A stretch of 64,000 nt of DNA from Tubulanus polymorphus (lineage: Eukaryota; Animalia; Nemertea), in NCBI RefSeq assembly GCF_964204645.1, contig NC_134029.1:434001-498000 (forward strand), written 5' to 3'. Positions 1 to 13,016 of this stretch are shown piece after piece. Numbering within the stretch: the first letter of the stretch is position 1; each line of letters begins with the position of its first letter. The notes under the pieces are model-generated. The model was not told where the DNA came from. It searched no databases and saw only the letters and a list, made by a program, of their open reading frames with translations. Both the position numbers and the translations under genes were made by a program.

Positions 1-2205
1 CGGAACCTGAGAGCTGGTTATCAGTCTAGCCTCATCGGACCCACCAGTAACTACTGACAGTCTCCTCGTATCTGAACCTGGGAGCTGGTTATCAGTCTAG
101 CCTCATCGGACCCACCAGTAACTACTGACAGTCTCCTTGTATCGGAACCTGAGAGCTGGTTATCAGTCTAGCCTCATCGGACCCACCAGTAACTACTGAC
201 AGTCTCCTTGTATCGGAACCTGAGAGCTGTTTATCAGTCTAGCCTCATCGGACCCACCAGTAACTACTGACAGTCTCCTTGTATCGGAACCTGAGAGCTG
301 GTTATCAGTCTAGCCTCATCGGACCCACCAGTAACTACTGACAGTCTCCTTGTATCTGAACCTGGGAGCTGGTTATCAGTCTAGCCTCATCGGACCCACC
401 AGTAACTACTGACAGTCTCCTTGTATCTGAACCTGGGAGCTGGTTATCAGTCTAGCCTCATCGGACCCACCAGTAACTACTGACAGTCTCCTTGTATCGG
501 AACCTGAGAGCTGGTTATCAGTCTAGCCTCATCGGACCCACCAGTAACTACTGACAGTCTCCTTGTATCGGAACCTGAGAGCTGGTTATCAGTCTAGCCT
601 CATCGGACCCACCAGTAACTACTGACAGTCTCCTCGTATCTGAACCTGGGAGCTGGTTATCAGTCTAGCCTCATCGGACCCACCAGTAACTACTGACAGT
701 CTCCTCGTATCTGAACCTGGGAGCTGGTTATCAGTCTAGCCTCATCGGACCCACCAGTAACTACTGACAGTCTCCTCGTATCTGAACCTGGGAGCTGGTT
801 ATCAGTCTAGCCTCATCGGACCCACCAGTAACTACTGACAGTCTCCTCGTATCTGAACCTGGGAGCTGGTTATCAGTCTAGCCTCATCGGACCCACCAGT
901 AACTACTGACAGTCTCCTTGTATCGGAACATGGGAGCTGGTTATCAGTCTAGCCTCATCGGACCCACCAGTAACTACTGACAGTCTCCTTGTATCAGAAC
1001 CTGAGAGCTGGTTATCAGTCTAGCCTCATCGGACCCACCAGTAACTACTGACAGTCTCCTTGTATCGGAACATGGGAGCTGGTTATCAGTCTAGCCTCAT
1101 CGGACCCACCAGTAACTACTGACAGTCTCCTCGTATCGGAACCTGGGAGCTGGTTATCAGTCTAGCCTCATCGGACCCACCAGTAACTACTGACAGTCTC
1201 CTCGTATCGGAACCTGAGAGCTGGTTATCAGTCTAGCCTCATCGGACCCACCAGTAACTACTGACAGTCTCCTCGTATCGGAACCTGGGAGCTGGTTATC
1301 AGTCTAGCCTCATCGGACCCACCAGTAACTACTGACAGTCTCCTCGTATCTGAACCTGGGAGCTGGTTATCAGTCTAGCCTCATCGGACCCACCAGTAAC
1401 TACTGACAGTCTCCTCGTATCGGAACATGGGAGCTGGTTATCAGTCTAGCCTCATCGGACCCACCAGTAACTACTGACAGTCTCCTTGTATCGGAACCTG
1501 GGAGCTGGTTATCAGTCTAGCCTCATCGGACCCACCAGTAACTACTGACAGTCTCCTTGTATCGGAACCTGGGAGCTGGTTATCAGTCTAGCCTCATCGG
1601 ACCCACCAGTAACTACTGACAGTCTCCTTGTATCTGAACCTGAGAGCTGGTTATCAGTCTAGCCTCATCGGACCCACCAGTAACTACTGACAGTCTCCTC
1701 GTATCGGAACATGGGAGCTGGTTATCAGTCTAGCCTCATCGGACCCACCAGTAACTACTGACAGTCTCCTCGTATCTGAACCTGGGAGCTGGTTATCAGT
1801 CTAGCCTCATCGGACCCACCAGTAACTACTGACAGTCTCCTCGTATCGGAACCTGGGAGCTGGTTATCAGTCTAGCCTCATCGGACCCACCAGTAACTAC
1901 TGACAGTCTCCTCGTATCTGAACCTGGGAGCTGGTTATCAGTCTAGCCTCATCGGACCCACCAGTAACTACTGACAGTCTCCTCGTATCGGAACATGGGA
2001 GCTGGTTATCAGTCTAGCCTCATCGGACCCACCAGTAACTACTGACAGTCTCCTCGTATCTGAACCTGGGAGCTGGTTATCAGTCTAGCCTCATCGGACC
2101 CACCAGTAACTACTGACAGTCTCCTCGTATCGGAACCTGGGAGCTGGTTATCAGTCTAGCCTCATCGGACCCACCAGTAACTACTGACAGTCTCCTCGTA
2201 TCGGA
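1..2205. repeat. 71-bp minisatellite, about 31 copies, continues beyond the left edge
   Basis: Unit cggaacctgagagctggttatcagtctagcctcatcggacccaccagtaactactgacagtctcctcgtat recurs every 71 bp with only a few variable sites. Confidence 0.97.
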
Positions 2206-2443
2206 TCTCCACTCAATTAACCCCCTGGGTCTCCACTCAATTAACCCCCTGGGTCTCCACTCAATTAACCCCCTGGGTCTCCACTCAATTAACCCCCTGG
2301 GTCTCCACTCAATTAACCCCCTGGGTCTCCACTCAATTAACCCCCTGGGTCTCCACTCAATTAACCCCCTGGGTCTCCACTCAATTAACCCCCTGGGTCT
2401 CCACTCAATTAACCCCCTGGGTCTCCACTCAATTAACCCCCTG
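2206..2443. repeat. 24-bp minisatellite, about 10 copies
   Basis: Unit tctccactcaattaaccccctggg directly abuts the 71-bp array and explains the repetitive ORF 2110..2448. Confidence 0.96.
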
Positions 2444-2920
2444 AACATATTGTAAAAACATTAGAAAAAACTAAGTTCATAAGTAATCTTCAATATTTTA
2501 TTTGTTCAAACAAAAAATTAAATCGTAAAAATGAGGAATTTGTAAAATTAGAAAATAACAGAAAAATCAAACTGAAAAGGAAACAAAAATTGAAAAACCG
2601 TGAAACCGATAGCTATTCATGATTCATAGCGATTTATTTTGTGTTTGGAATTAATGCAAATAATATAAAAATAGCTGAAAACCGTATGAATAAAATAATG
2701 AAGCTTCATATAGGAATAACACAGTAGTTTCACGTGTGACAGCTGCTGCTGCTGCTGCTGCTACTGATTTATAATAAATTAACCCAATTCATCATCAAAT
2801 AACGAAACTACACACCTGAAATTATTAATATCAGCCAGTCTACTGCATCTATTTCTCAAAAACATGAAATATATCTTTATTTGAAAATCAGTTTAATCAA
2901 GTAATGTCTCATCAGGTGGC

Positions 2921-3095
2921 TCTCAGTGGTTGGGTATCTCAGTGGTTGGGTATCTCAGTGGTTGGGTATCTCAGTGGTTGGGTATCTCAGTGGTTGGGTA
3001 TCTCAGTGGTTGGGTATCTCAGTGGTTGGGTATCTCAGTGGTTGGGTATCTCAGTGGTTGGGTATCTCAGTGGTTGGGTATCTCAGTGGTTGGGT
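2921..3095. repeat. 16-bp minisatellite, about 11 copies
   Basis: Unit ctcagtggttgggtat. Confidence 0.95.
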
Positions 3096-3477
3096 TCATT
3101 GTGGGGTATCTCGTGCCTGTATTGGAGCTGGAATAGGCAGTCTGTTATTAGTCTGGCCACAATGGCTCCAGCTAGCTGATTGGCTGATTAACTGGCTGGG
3201 TGATTGACTCGATGGTTCTCATGCTGGATGTTTGGCCAGGTCACAGTGAGTGTGGCCGCCACCTTGAGCCGAGTATGGCTGGCTTCCTGATTGGGGATTC
3301 TGACTGGTCACAGTGACTGGCTCCCTCACTGGGGTCGACTAATCCATGGTCTAGTCAGTAACAATAATGAAACAGAGCGCAATCTATTGTGGAAATAAAT
3401 GAGCTTTTTATATCCAGAGATATAAATTACAATTGGATATCAACACTGAATACTGATAACCAATGAATCATCACCAG

Positions 3478-3720
3478 TGTGAGGGCAATGAGTCTTACTG
3501 GGACTCCCTAGAGTCATCGGCTGCTGTGAGGGTAATGAGTCTTACTGGGACTCACTCACCGAGAGTCATCTGACTGCTGTGAGAGTAATGAGTCTTACTG
3601 GGACTCACCTAGAGTCATCTGACTGCTGTGAGAGTAATGAGTCTTACTGGGACTCACCTAGAGTCATCTGACTGCTGTGAGAGTAATGAGTCTTACTGGG
3701 ACTCACGTAGAGTCATCTGT
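3478..3720. repeat. About 49-bp minisatellite, about 5 copies, with internal gagtc..gactc hairpin
   Basis: Unit gtgagagtaatgagtcttactgggactcacctagagtcatctgactgct. Confidence 0.9.
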
Positions 3721-4768
3721 AACTCTGCAAGAGTCATATAGGAACGCTCACAGTTCAGTCTCTAAATTAGTTTGGTTATAGATTACAATATAAATTCTGT
3801 AATGTGTGTAGAATTGAACTGGTGTTTGTTATGTGTTTGTGAGAAAACAACCTCCATTAGTGTTATCGTAAATACTGTGAAATAGTGTAACAGGATGGCC
3901 ACCATCCCCCTCCCCCCTCTCCACTTATAAAATCCCTGAATTATACAAATTCCCTGAGTTTTCCAGGATTTTTGCCCAAAAGTGTCAAATTTCCCAAGTT
4001 TTGCATGATTTTTTTCTAAATATTTCTAATTTCCAGTATTTTTCCACATTTTCTGTGTCAGTGGCGACCCCTATTAAATACAACAAAACAGTGCATTAGC
4101 AAAGCAATTCAAAATCAATGTGTTTGAGTCTGAACTGAACAATATCAAATACAACTCATATTAAACATCGATTTTGAATTGGATGAAAAATTGTGTTATA
4201 TGAAATTTTCAAAAAGTGTTCGATATAAAATGTGATAATAGAAAAAGCAAAGCTTAAATTAGTGCTGGAATGAATTATTTTACCATCAATATCGCCGCGT
4301 TGATGTTTTAGTTTGATTTTTGGTTTAGTTCTGTTTAGAACCGAATGAGGAGATGATGAGAACCGCGACGACCTTTCGGCTAAAAACATGAAAATATGTT
4401 CCTCGTCAAAATAACATCTAGAATCGCGAAAAAACCTTTCAGCGAATATATAAACTCAGATTGAAAACGATGTGAAAGCTTCTTAGCTGTTGTTACATTT
4501 GTTACGGTTGACATTTTACGGTAAATTCCAGCGTGTGTCAAAACAGTAACTTTTACGGCAATCTGCTTCAGGTTCGTGGGTAATTCAATAATTCATATAG
4601 AAACCAATGACAGATACAGAAACCTTCCAGCGATCTCTACACACCAAATGATTAGTCATTTCTATCGGAGAATAAAAGATTTTTTCTAACTGGAGATTTC
4701 TGTTCCTAACAATCAAAAACCAAAATAAAGTTTGGTTTTCATGTAACAGACAGCGGAACTCACTTCTG

Positions 4769-4877
4769 GACCCAGTTCCACAGTTGTGAGTTAGAGTTAA
4801 CTCTGAGTTAAAGTTAGTTCATTTTCAATGAGTAAACTCTAGAGTCAAATCTTAACTCGGAACTGTGGAATTGGGTC
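4769..4877. mobile_element. MITE (TIR gacccagttccacagtt family)
   Basis: Left gacccagttccacagtt and right aactgtggaattgggtc match at 16/17 as an inverted repeat. Related pieces at about 13990-14078, 14276-14904, 17994-18052, 55573 and 60961-61075. Confidence 0.75.
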
Positions 4878-5136
4878 AAAGTTGGAAATACAAATTGTGC
4901 GTCAACATGAACGAGTAACGACTTCTCCAAATAATGACTTACGCCGAGACATTTAAAACGACTAATTTAACAATGAATACTGTAGTATTTACCGTGAGTT
5001 AAAAACTGGCGTTAAATCCATTCGAAATTGAATTCAAAGTCAGATTTTCTCCTACGCGGAAAAAAATGACGAAAGACTCAGTAGAGGAGACGAATGATTC
5101 CATAGCCGAATAAAGAGGAAAATAGTGAAAACTTAC

Positions 5137-5182
5137 CTCCGTTTTCTGCTGTATCATTTTTTCTCAAGTCTAAGGCAGACAT
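5137..5182 (-). CDS. Probable first coding exon (MSALDLRKNDTAENG) of a gene continuing left of the window
   Basis: Minus strand: acceptor ttgtag (exon edge 5196), ATG at 5182, 15 codons plus 1 nt, then consensus donor G|GTAAGT at 5136. No homology recognised. Confidence 0.5.
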
Positions 5183-6092
5183 TGCTCTGCGACGAGCTAC
5201 AATATAAACAAACTAAATTATATCATTACAATTCAAAATTTATCATTTTTCAAAAATGGAAGAAATTCCAGTTTTTATAAAAATATTTTTGCATTTTTTG
5301 TTAAATCTGCAAATCCTACTGAATTCTAAACTGAATTCTAAGTTCAATCGGATGATAGCGTATATAAATGTCAGGAATGAACCACCCTGAAAATAAACTT
5401 TACCAATTGGAATCCTGACCTACAGTAAAAACTATTACAGTGAAACTGTTATAACTGTGAACTTTAATTCAATTAAAACATGTTACTTCCTGATCGACAA
5501 AATCAGTCGAATGGAACTTGCATCATATGTTACAAAAATAATACCATTGTAAAAGTATTGAACTCAACATATTGAACCTGGTAGAAATTCAAATATCAGT
5601 CCTCACTATTTCTACCAGCCACAGTTCCACCCCCAGTTGCACTGTTCCAGCCCCAGTTCCACTGTTCTATCCCAGTTCCCCCAGTTCCACCTTTCCATCC
5701 CCAGTTCAACTGTTCTTGTTCCAGTTCAACAGTTCTGGATCTAGATCCACAATTCTGGATCCAGTTCCACCGTTCATGGGTTTAGGGTTACGAATAAGCC
5801 CGATTTTATTAAAATCTAAAATTTAAATGGTCCGAACAGTATACTGAGAGTATCATCGATTCCACTAATGTTTCAAATGAGAAGCCTATTAGATGGTCAG
5901 AAAACAGCTCGAGATTGAGCATGAATAATTCCAGTCCAATAATATCCAAGATCAAACAACTATTCCACCACAATTATTTGAGTCCAAATAAAGTGAAAAT
6001 TGTTAAGAAAATATGAAACGTCTTACGTAAAAATCGACAGGAACATCCTTTACAGAATTCCGGGGATAGATCATCTAAACAACTCATTATTC

Positions 6093-6686
6093 CTGACTCC
6101 TATCTGTATCCTACCGGAGTCCAGTCCTATCTGTATCAACCTGACTGACTCCTATCTGTATCCTACTGGAGTCCAGTCCTATCTGTATCAACCTGACTGA
6201 CTCCTATCTGTATCCTACTGGAGTCCAGTCCTATCTGTATCAACCTGACTGACTCCTATCTGTATCCTACTGGAGTCCAGTCCTATCTGTATCAACCTGA
6301 CTGACTCCTATCTGTATCCCACCGGAGTCCAGTCCTATCTGTATCAACCTGACTGACTCCTATCTGTATCCTACTGGAGTCCAGTCCTATCTGTATCAAC
6401 CTGACTGACTCCTATCTGTATCCTACTGGAGTCCAGTCCTATCTGTATCAACCTGACTGACTCCTATCTGTATCCCACCGGAGTCCAGTCCTATCTGTAT
6501 CAACCTGACTGACTCCTATCTGTATCCTACTGGAGTCCAGTCCTATCTGTATCAACCTGACTGACTCCTATCTGTATCCCACCGGAGTCCAGTCCTATCT
6601 GTATCAACCTGACTGACTCCTATCTGTATCCTACTGGAGTCCAGTCCTATCTGTATCAACCTGACTGACTCCTATCTGTATCCTAC
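6093..6686. repeat. 52-bp minisatellite, about 11 copies (dimer of a tcctatctgtatc subunit)
   Basis: Unit ctgactcctatctgtatcctactggagtccagtcctatctgtatcaacctga. Confidence 0.95.
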
Positions 6687-6790
6687 GAGAGTCATTAGGG
6701 ACTCTATTCATCCATATTCAATTAATGATTGTACAATTAACAGTGTAGAGACAGAATGCATGATCTCGAGTGTAAGAAGAATCATTCGCT

Positions 6791-6792
<2 letters not shown>

Positions 6793-6839
<47 letters not shown>
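6793..6839. repeat. (CT)n microsatellite
   Basis: Direct reading. Confidence 0.95.
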
Positions 6840-6841
<2 letters not shown>

Positions 6842-7403
6842 TTACATTCTCATACACTGCATGTTAATAACAATCAGAAACATTTCTCATCATCATCAAA
6901 CTTCACACGTTACTTCAAAATCGTGTTTAAAATTCATCGACGCAGTGATCCCTGTTCTCAAGCAGCAGCAGCAGCAGCAGCCAGTCCTATACAGTCTGTG
7001 ATTGATTAATGAAATACTCTGTATCTAGTTTTTTTCCTTGAATTTCAGCATCTTCTTCAACTCATGATTCAGCTCCATACACAACACATATACACTCATA
7101 AAAGGAAGCACTAGATCACAACGAGAACATCTTTATATCCACTTTATAAAACTCCTCATATCCACTCAGAATCATATCCACAGCTCCACAGCTTTCCACT
7201 AAGCAGATCATCCATCCACTCCTCAGTTATCTATCCACTCTATCCACAGTGGATCAGTAATCAGCATTTCTATACATCTTATTTTCCAATAGAAAGCATA
7301 CATGACATGGCATATGTACTACATAGTAATTCATGTGACATCGATATCAATATGAGAAACATGTACGAAATTTATTGGTAATTCATCACATGGAACAGCA
7401 AAA

Positions 7404-8125
7404 CCAGCTTCAAAACAACATCCAAATATCAGCTTCACAGTTTCAAAACATCATCCAAATATCAGCTTCAAAACAACATCCAAATATCAGTTTCACAGTT
7501 TCAAAACATCATCCAAATATCAGCTTCAAAACAACATCCAAATATCAGCTTCACAGTTTCAAAACATCATCCAAATATCGGCTTCAAAACAACATCCAAA
7601 TATCAGCTTCACAGTTTCAAAACATCATCCAAATATCAGCTTCACAGTTTCAAAACATCATCCAAATATCAGCTTCAAAACAACATCCAAATATCAGCTT
7701 CACAGTTTCAAAACATCATCCAAATATCAGCTTCACAGTTTCAAAACATCATCCAAATATCGGCTTCAAAACAACATCCAAATATCAGCTTCACAGTTTC
7801 AAAACATCATCCAAATATCAGCTTCAAAACAACATCCAAATATCAGCTTCACAGTTTCAAAACAACATCCAAATATCAGCTTAACAGTTTCAAAACATCA
7901 TCCAAATATCAGCTTCACAGTTTCAAAACATCATCCAAATATCAGCTTCACAGTTTCAAAACAACATCCAAATATCAGCTTCACAGTTTCAAAACATCAT
8001 CCAAATATCAGCTTCAAAACAACATCCAAATATCAGCTTCACAGTTTCAAAACATCATCCAAATATCAGCTTCAAAACAACATCCAAACATCAGCTTCAC
8101 AGTTTCAAAACATCATCCAAATCCA
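7404..8125. repeat. Composite 25/33-bp minisatellite
   Basis: Interspersed units cagcttcaaaacaacatccaaatat (25) and cagcttcacagtttcaaaacatcatccaaatat (33). Confidence 0.93.
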
Positions 8126-11100
8126 AATCACTGGATCGATCTGTAATCTTTACTACAGCAGTTTGTCTGACCATAGAGTAAGATAGAACTGTTGAGTGAA
8201 TACGTGCGATAGGGTGAAAATGAGTGGTCACTAAACCAAGTGTAACATGTAGATTATTGACATTAGTTAATCAACTGCTGCTGCTGCTGCTGCTGCTGAT
8301 ACTGTCTCTCAAACATCACACGTCCCTCAGTCATTAAACATCACATCAACTTCCACTCAGACCACTTATAACTTGCATGTTTTACATATGTCTCACTAGT
8401 CACTTGACTGTCAATTTTCCACAATCTGCTAGTCACTAGTCATTCAATCTTGACTTTTTCTAGTCTCTTCACAATATCTACCTCCTACTTAGTCCAGTCT
8501 GCCTTAGCGCACAATCCACCTCTAGTCACTAGTCAATCTTTGATACAGTGATGTCAACTATTGATGTTTAAATGCATTAGTATTGATTCTAGTATTGGCA
8601 GCATGGACAGTTGACTAGTTAATTCTAGTCACTGTATTGACCATTGACTAAGTGAATTCTGTAACAGTAAGAAACTTCCTTCTATAAAAATCCAATAGAT
8701 TCCTGAACACTTCATACTGAGATACAATATGAGTGAGAGAGATATATCTGAGATCTGAGACAAATATATCGAGATATAAGTGATATTTCACACTGACAGT
8801 GGTAGGATCAACATGGATTAATAGACGCTGGGAGAGAGGGAGGGGGAGGGAGGGAGAGAGGGAGGGGGAGGGAGAGGGAGGGAGAGAGGGAGAGAGTGAA
8901 CGCACATACCCCACATGATGATATAAAACCCTTCACACTCCGTCTCTCTGACCAGTCTCTGTTATCATTGATACACAGTCAATATAAGACGATAATGTTT
9001 TAGTCAAGATGTCTCCAGATGTCAAACTGTGTTGATCAATATCAATCAGATATAAAACCACTAACCATCCATCGACAAACATCTCATCAAATTCTCTAAG
9101 ACAAACGCGTGACAAAACTGCAAGGATTTTCATTGTATCTCGTTGCTAAGCGATGTCCGTCATCAATAAACCCCTAGCGCGTGAAGTAATCTTCTTCATC
9201 AATACTTTATTTACTGTTCTATATTCTTAGTTTTAAACCTCGCTTAGAGTGTCCATAACCGTATAGGAATAAAACCAGACCTAGATATAAACTAGATCTC
9301 CGATATCAGTATATTTCCAAATCAATTTAACGATGATAATCTCAGAGATAAGACCGATTAAAACTTACCATACGGATAAAACTGATAACTGTTGAAATCA
9401 GACTGACAGGTCTGTCGAGCCCCGGTTAGAGTAAGTTAATAGTTAATATTATTAATATTCGAACCCAGTGTTATCAGGTGTTAACACTCAAACTACTCAA
9501 ACATTTCCAATACATATCTAGCCTATATATATATATAATATACATATATATATATATATAATATAGATCCGTAATATCAATCTATCAATATATTAAAAAC
9601 TATAACATATTTCACACATCTATTTTAGCATCGATCGATGATAATGAGTTGTTTGATATAGGAACTAGGAGAGGGGCGAGGGGTAGACAGCGGAATCTGT
9701 TCATTAAATTTCCAGGACCTCACAATTATTAAACCCGGTTATTGTGTAATTTATACCATATGGTCCACCATACTGTACTCGCTGTATACATATTTACACC
9801 AGATGCTACACCGTACAATTTGGTACCCGATCATGGTACCATCGCGTATGGTCGAATACCAAGATGGTACAGCGTACAGTGGTATAGGCCGACCATATTT
9901 GGTATACTATATTCCATATAAGGATATTACACAAATAATTGCTGTACATGTGCTTAATGTACATGGTATACCATATGGTATAATGTACACCATAAAGAAG
10001 TGAATACCGCAATGGTAGAGCTAATAGTATTGGTACACTGTAAATTGGGGTACAGCAATGTCTAGGAATTTGTACCAATTTCTAACTAGAATTTCATATT
10101 CAAACAAAAATTCATATTTTGCATCAAGTACAGTAAAACATATAACAGTGAATTCGGGCAATATTCATTAAGAGCAAATTACCATAACAACAGATGTTGT
10201 TAGATAAATAAATAGGAAACCCTGGGAACCAATAGATATATCATCAAAATAATGACCTCATCATCAACAACTGAAATAATCATATATTCTAATAATCATT
10301 TATCCTAATTTAACCATGAAATAATTATATAAAATTCAATCTTCACAATAAAACCAAATGAGTTTGTATATACAGGTAGGCCATCTATCAGAATTTTACG
10401 AAACTGATTTTGAATATCAGGCAATAGCGGCTACGATGTCGCCATCTTTCAACGAAATCAGACACTAAGCCTTTGCAACTTTTCAGTATCAGGGTATATA
10501 GGCCTAACTGAGTGACCGATCTGCGATGTAGTATTTCTCCTTTTCAAGATAGTTAGTTCATTTTGAGTGGTTCAAATAAAGCATTCAGTAATCTAGTTTT
10601 TCAAAGTAATTCATGCCGTAAATCATGTAATCTAAAAGTGTTTAAAATTCTTGCTACATGACTAAATAATGGCTAATTAGTTGTGTATGATATTTGTATC
10701 AAACACAGTGTGTATGAATTCTATCACAGAAAGACAAGAGAAAATCAATAAACAGAACAGAACTGTTAGTAATGATTAGGACGAGGTGTTTGTGTGACGC
10801 ATGATTTATAATCAGTAAAATAAAATGTCATACGAAACAACGAAATAAACTTAACTCTTATCAATAGAGAATGATTAAATATTGTTTGTTCTCAAGATGA
10901 ACTGAATTTAAATAGATTGTCTGGTTCAATCTCACGTTTATCCACTAATTTATGGGGCTAAGCATTGATAGCGCATTGACGCCAACTAGAGGAGCAAAGC
11001 AGAATTTCGTACCAAGGGGGGGGGGGGTGTTGGGCCATTGTCCCTTCAAAATCCCCTACAGAGAAAACAGCTGGGTACAGAGCCTGCTGAAATACATTCA

Positions 11101-13016
11101 ACCAATTCATAAATCGTAATCATTTATTTATGATACTAGAAATGACTCTTGGGACTCATAAAGTACTGATTAATGCTTTCAGAATATTGAACATTTCAAC
11201 AGATAAAAACATTCTGTGTATTAAAGATTGAGTATGAATGAATCTTACAGTGAGATTTGTGGTTTTTTGAGAAATAGAATCTCTTAAAGGAAATCAGTAT
11301 GAAAATAACATTGATTTTTTTATCAGTGCACTACTGCAGAGTGAGAGAGAGAGAGAGGGGTGATTTAAAACCGATCAATTTATAAAATATTGATTTCAGA
11401 CTAGAGAATCAATCTATATTATATAGTAGAGGAATATTATTGATTTTATTCGTATAGCCTCACAGCGGAATAGAGAACGACAGACACACACAATACGTAC
11501 ACATGTTTCCACGACAACTAAAAATATGTATATCTTATTATCATTGAGGAGCTATGGCGAGCGGGCTATGAGGGACAAGGACTAGAGACGCACAGCTGTG
11601 TAACAAACCATTTTTTAATCATGAGAGTCTTAACCTATCTTCTATAGGCCTATAAAAGAGGCGATGGGTGGATGAACCATCTCCACCCAAAAGTTTGAGT
11701 CATTGAGATCTTAGAGACCACTACAATAATCTATCTAGGTTAAAGCTCATTTATAGGATATTAAACCGGTTGAGTTCCATGTATTGTGACGTTATGAATC
11801 AAACTGAGTCTGTTCAAATCTTATGTTTAACTATGAGTTTTAAATCCAAGCGAACAATGACATTTGTGTCATTAGTATTTAAAACCAAGAAATGACCTTA
11901 ATCCTACCCTGCTCAGATATTAACTATACAGCCTATATGTAGGAGTCATTATATTGGCCTTGTCACCAAATTATAGCTGCTTATCAATATACAACCAATC
12001 GATAACCGCCTTAAAAACGAAAGCAAAGGAAGAAGAAAGATGAATTTGTGACAAATAGGCCAAAAAAGATTAACCATCCAAAATAGCAAGAGATTCTGAA
12101 TTTCTGGTCAGATTCTGAAGTGATTCGTGGTACAGACTTCAGTAGAGTGATTGACAAATGGCCAGTCATACTCAAAAACAATTACATAACGTAATGATTT
12201 AGTTTGTGGGTTAACAATATCAGAGAGGTATCGAAGATAAACAATAAACCATAATTGATTTGAATTTGACAGCGGTACATACCGTTTAGACGGAAATTCA
12301 TCATTGTGAAAGGCATTACACAATAACTAAACCTCAGCTACACATGAATGGACGGATTTATAATCTAAAAACTGCTGCCTAAATCCGTGAATGTGATTTA
12401 ATCCATCGTTAGATAGGGGTGTGTGTTTGGAAGAACCGCGGTCCCAGCGCTCCTCAGCACCAACCCGCCACCATGTTGTTGAATCTCAGTCGAGTTGTTT
12501 ACAAATAACCGATGAAACTTGACGCGGAAACAAACTAATAAATTATGAAATTAGAAAAAATAGCTTTCTTAAATGTTAAACAAGTATTATGCCTGTACTG
12601 TATAAGTAGGCATTTTGCACAAGAGCTTCCAAAGAAGTTTTAATTGGCGTCAGCGGTAAGCCACCAGTGTCATTTATCGACCGTTAAGTGCTGCCCCTGC
12701 AGATACAATCAGCGGCGATTACATGAACTAACTCCACAGCGGGATATTCCTACTGTGGCATGCGAGTACTATGCTAGTTCACGTTTTTCCCGCTATCGTT
12801 ATATATAGAGGCAGCACTGAACGGTAGAAATCTAACAGCTCGCTACTCGTATACTGTGGCATGCGAGTAATATGGACAATTCAATTCAAATTCATAGTCT
12901 ATTCACCAAATGGAAGGATTTTTTCCTGTGACACTAAGCAATAGTTTGTTGTAGTCTCCTCTACCCTGCTCCGTTATAAGATAGTGCATTAGACAGAGAG
13001 AGCGAGAGAGAAAAAG

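Noticed and set aside
1-2443. Regular repeat arrays as a CRISPR array
   Set aside because: Units are contiguous with no unique spacers, there are no cas genes, and the context is eukaryotic.
7375-7884. Repeat-derived ORFs here and at 2110, 2904, 14308, 28689, 32772, 57774 and 62009
   Set aside because: All coincide with tandem arrays and show no independent coding evidence.
9751-9983. GTAC-rich region with a 14-bp inverted repeat (ttataccatatggt)
   Set aside because: The motif is partly self-palindromic in low-complexity sequence, with no clear element boundaries.
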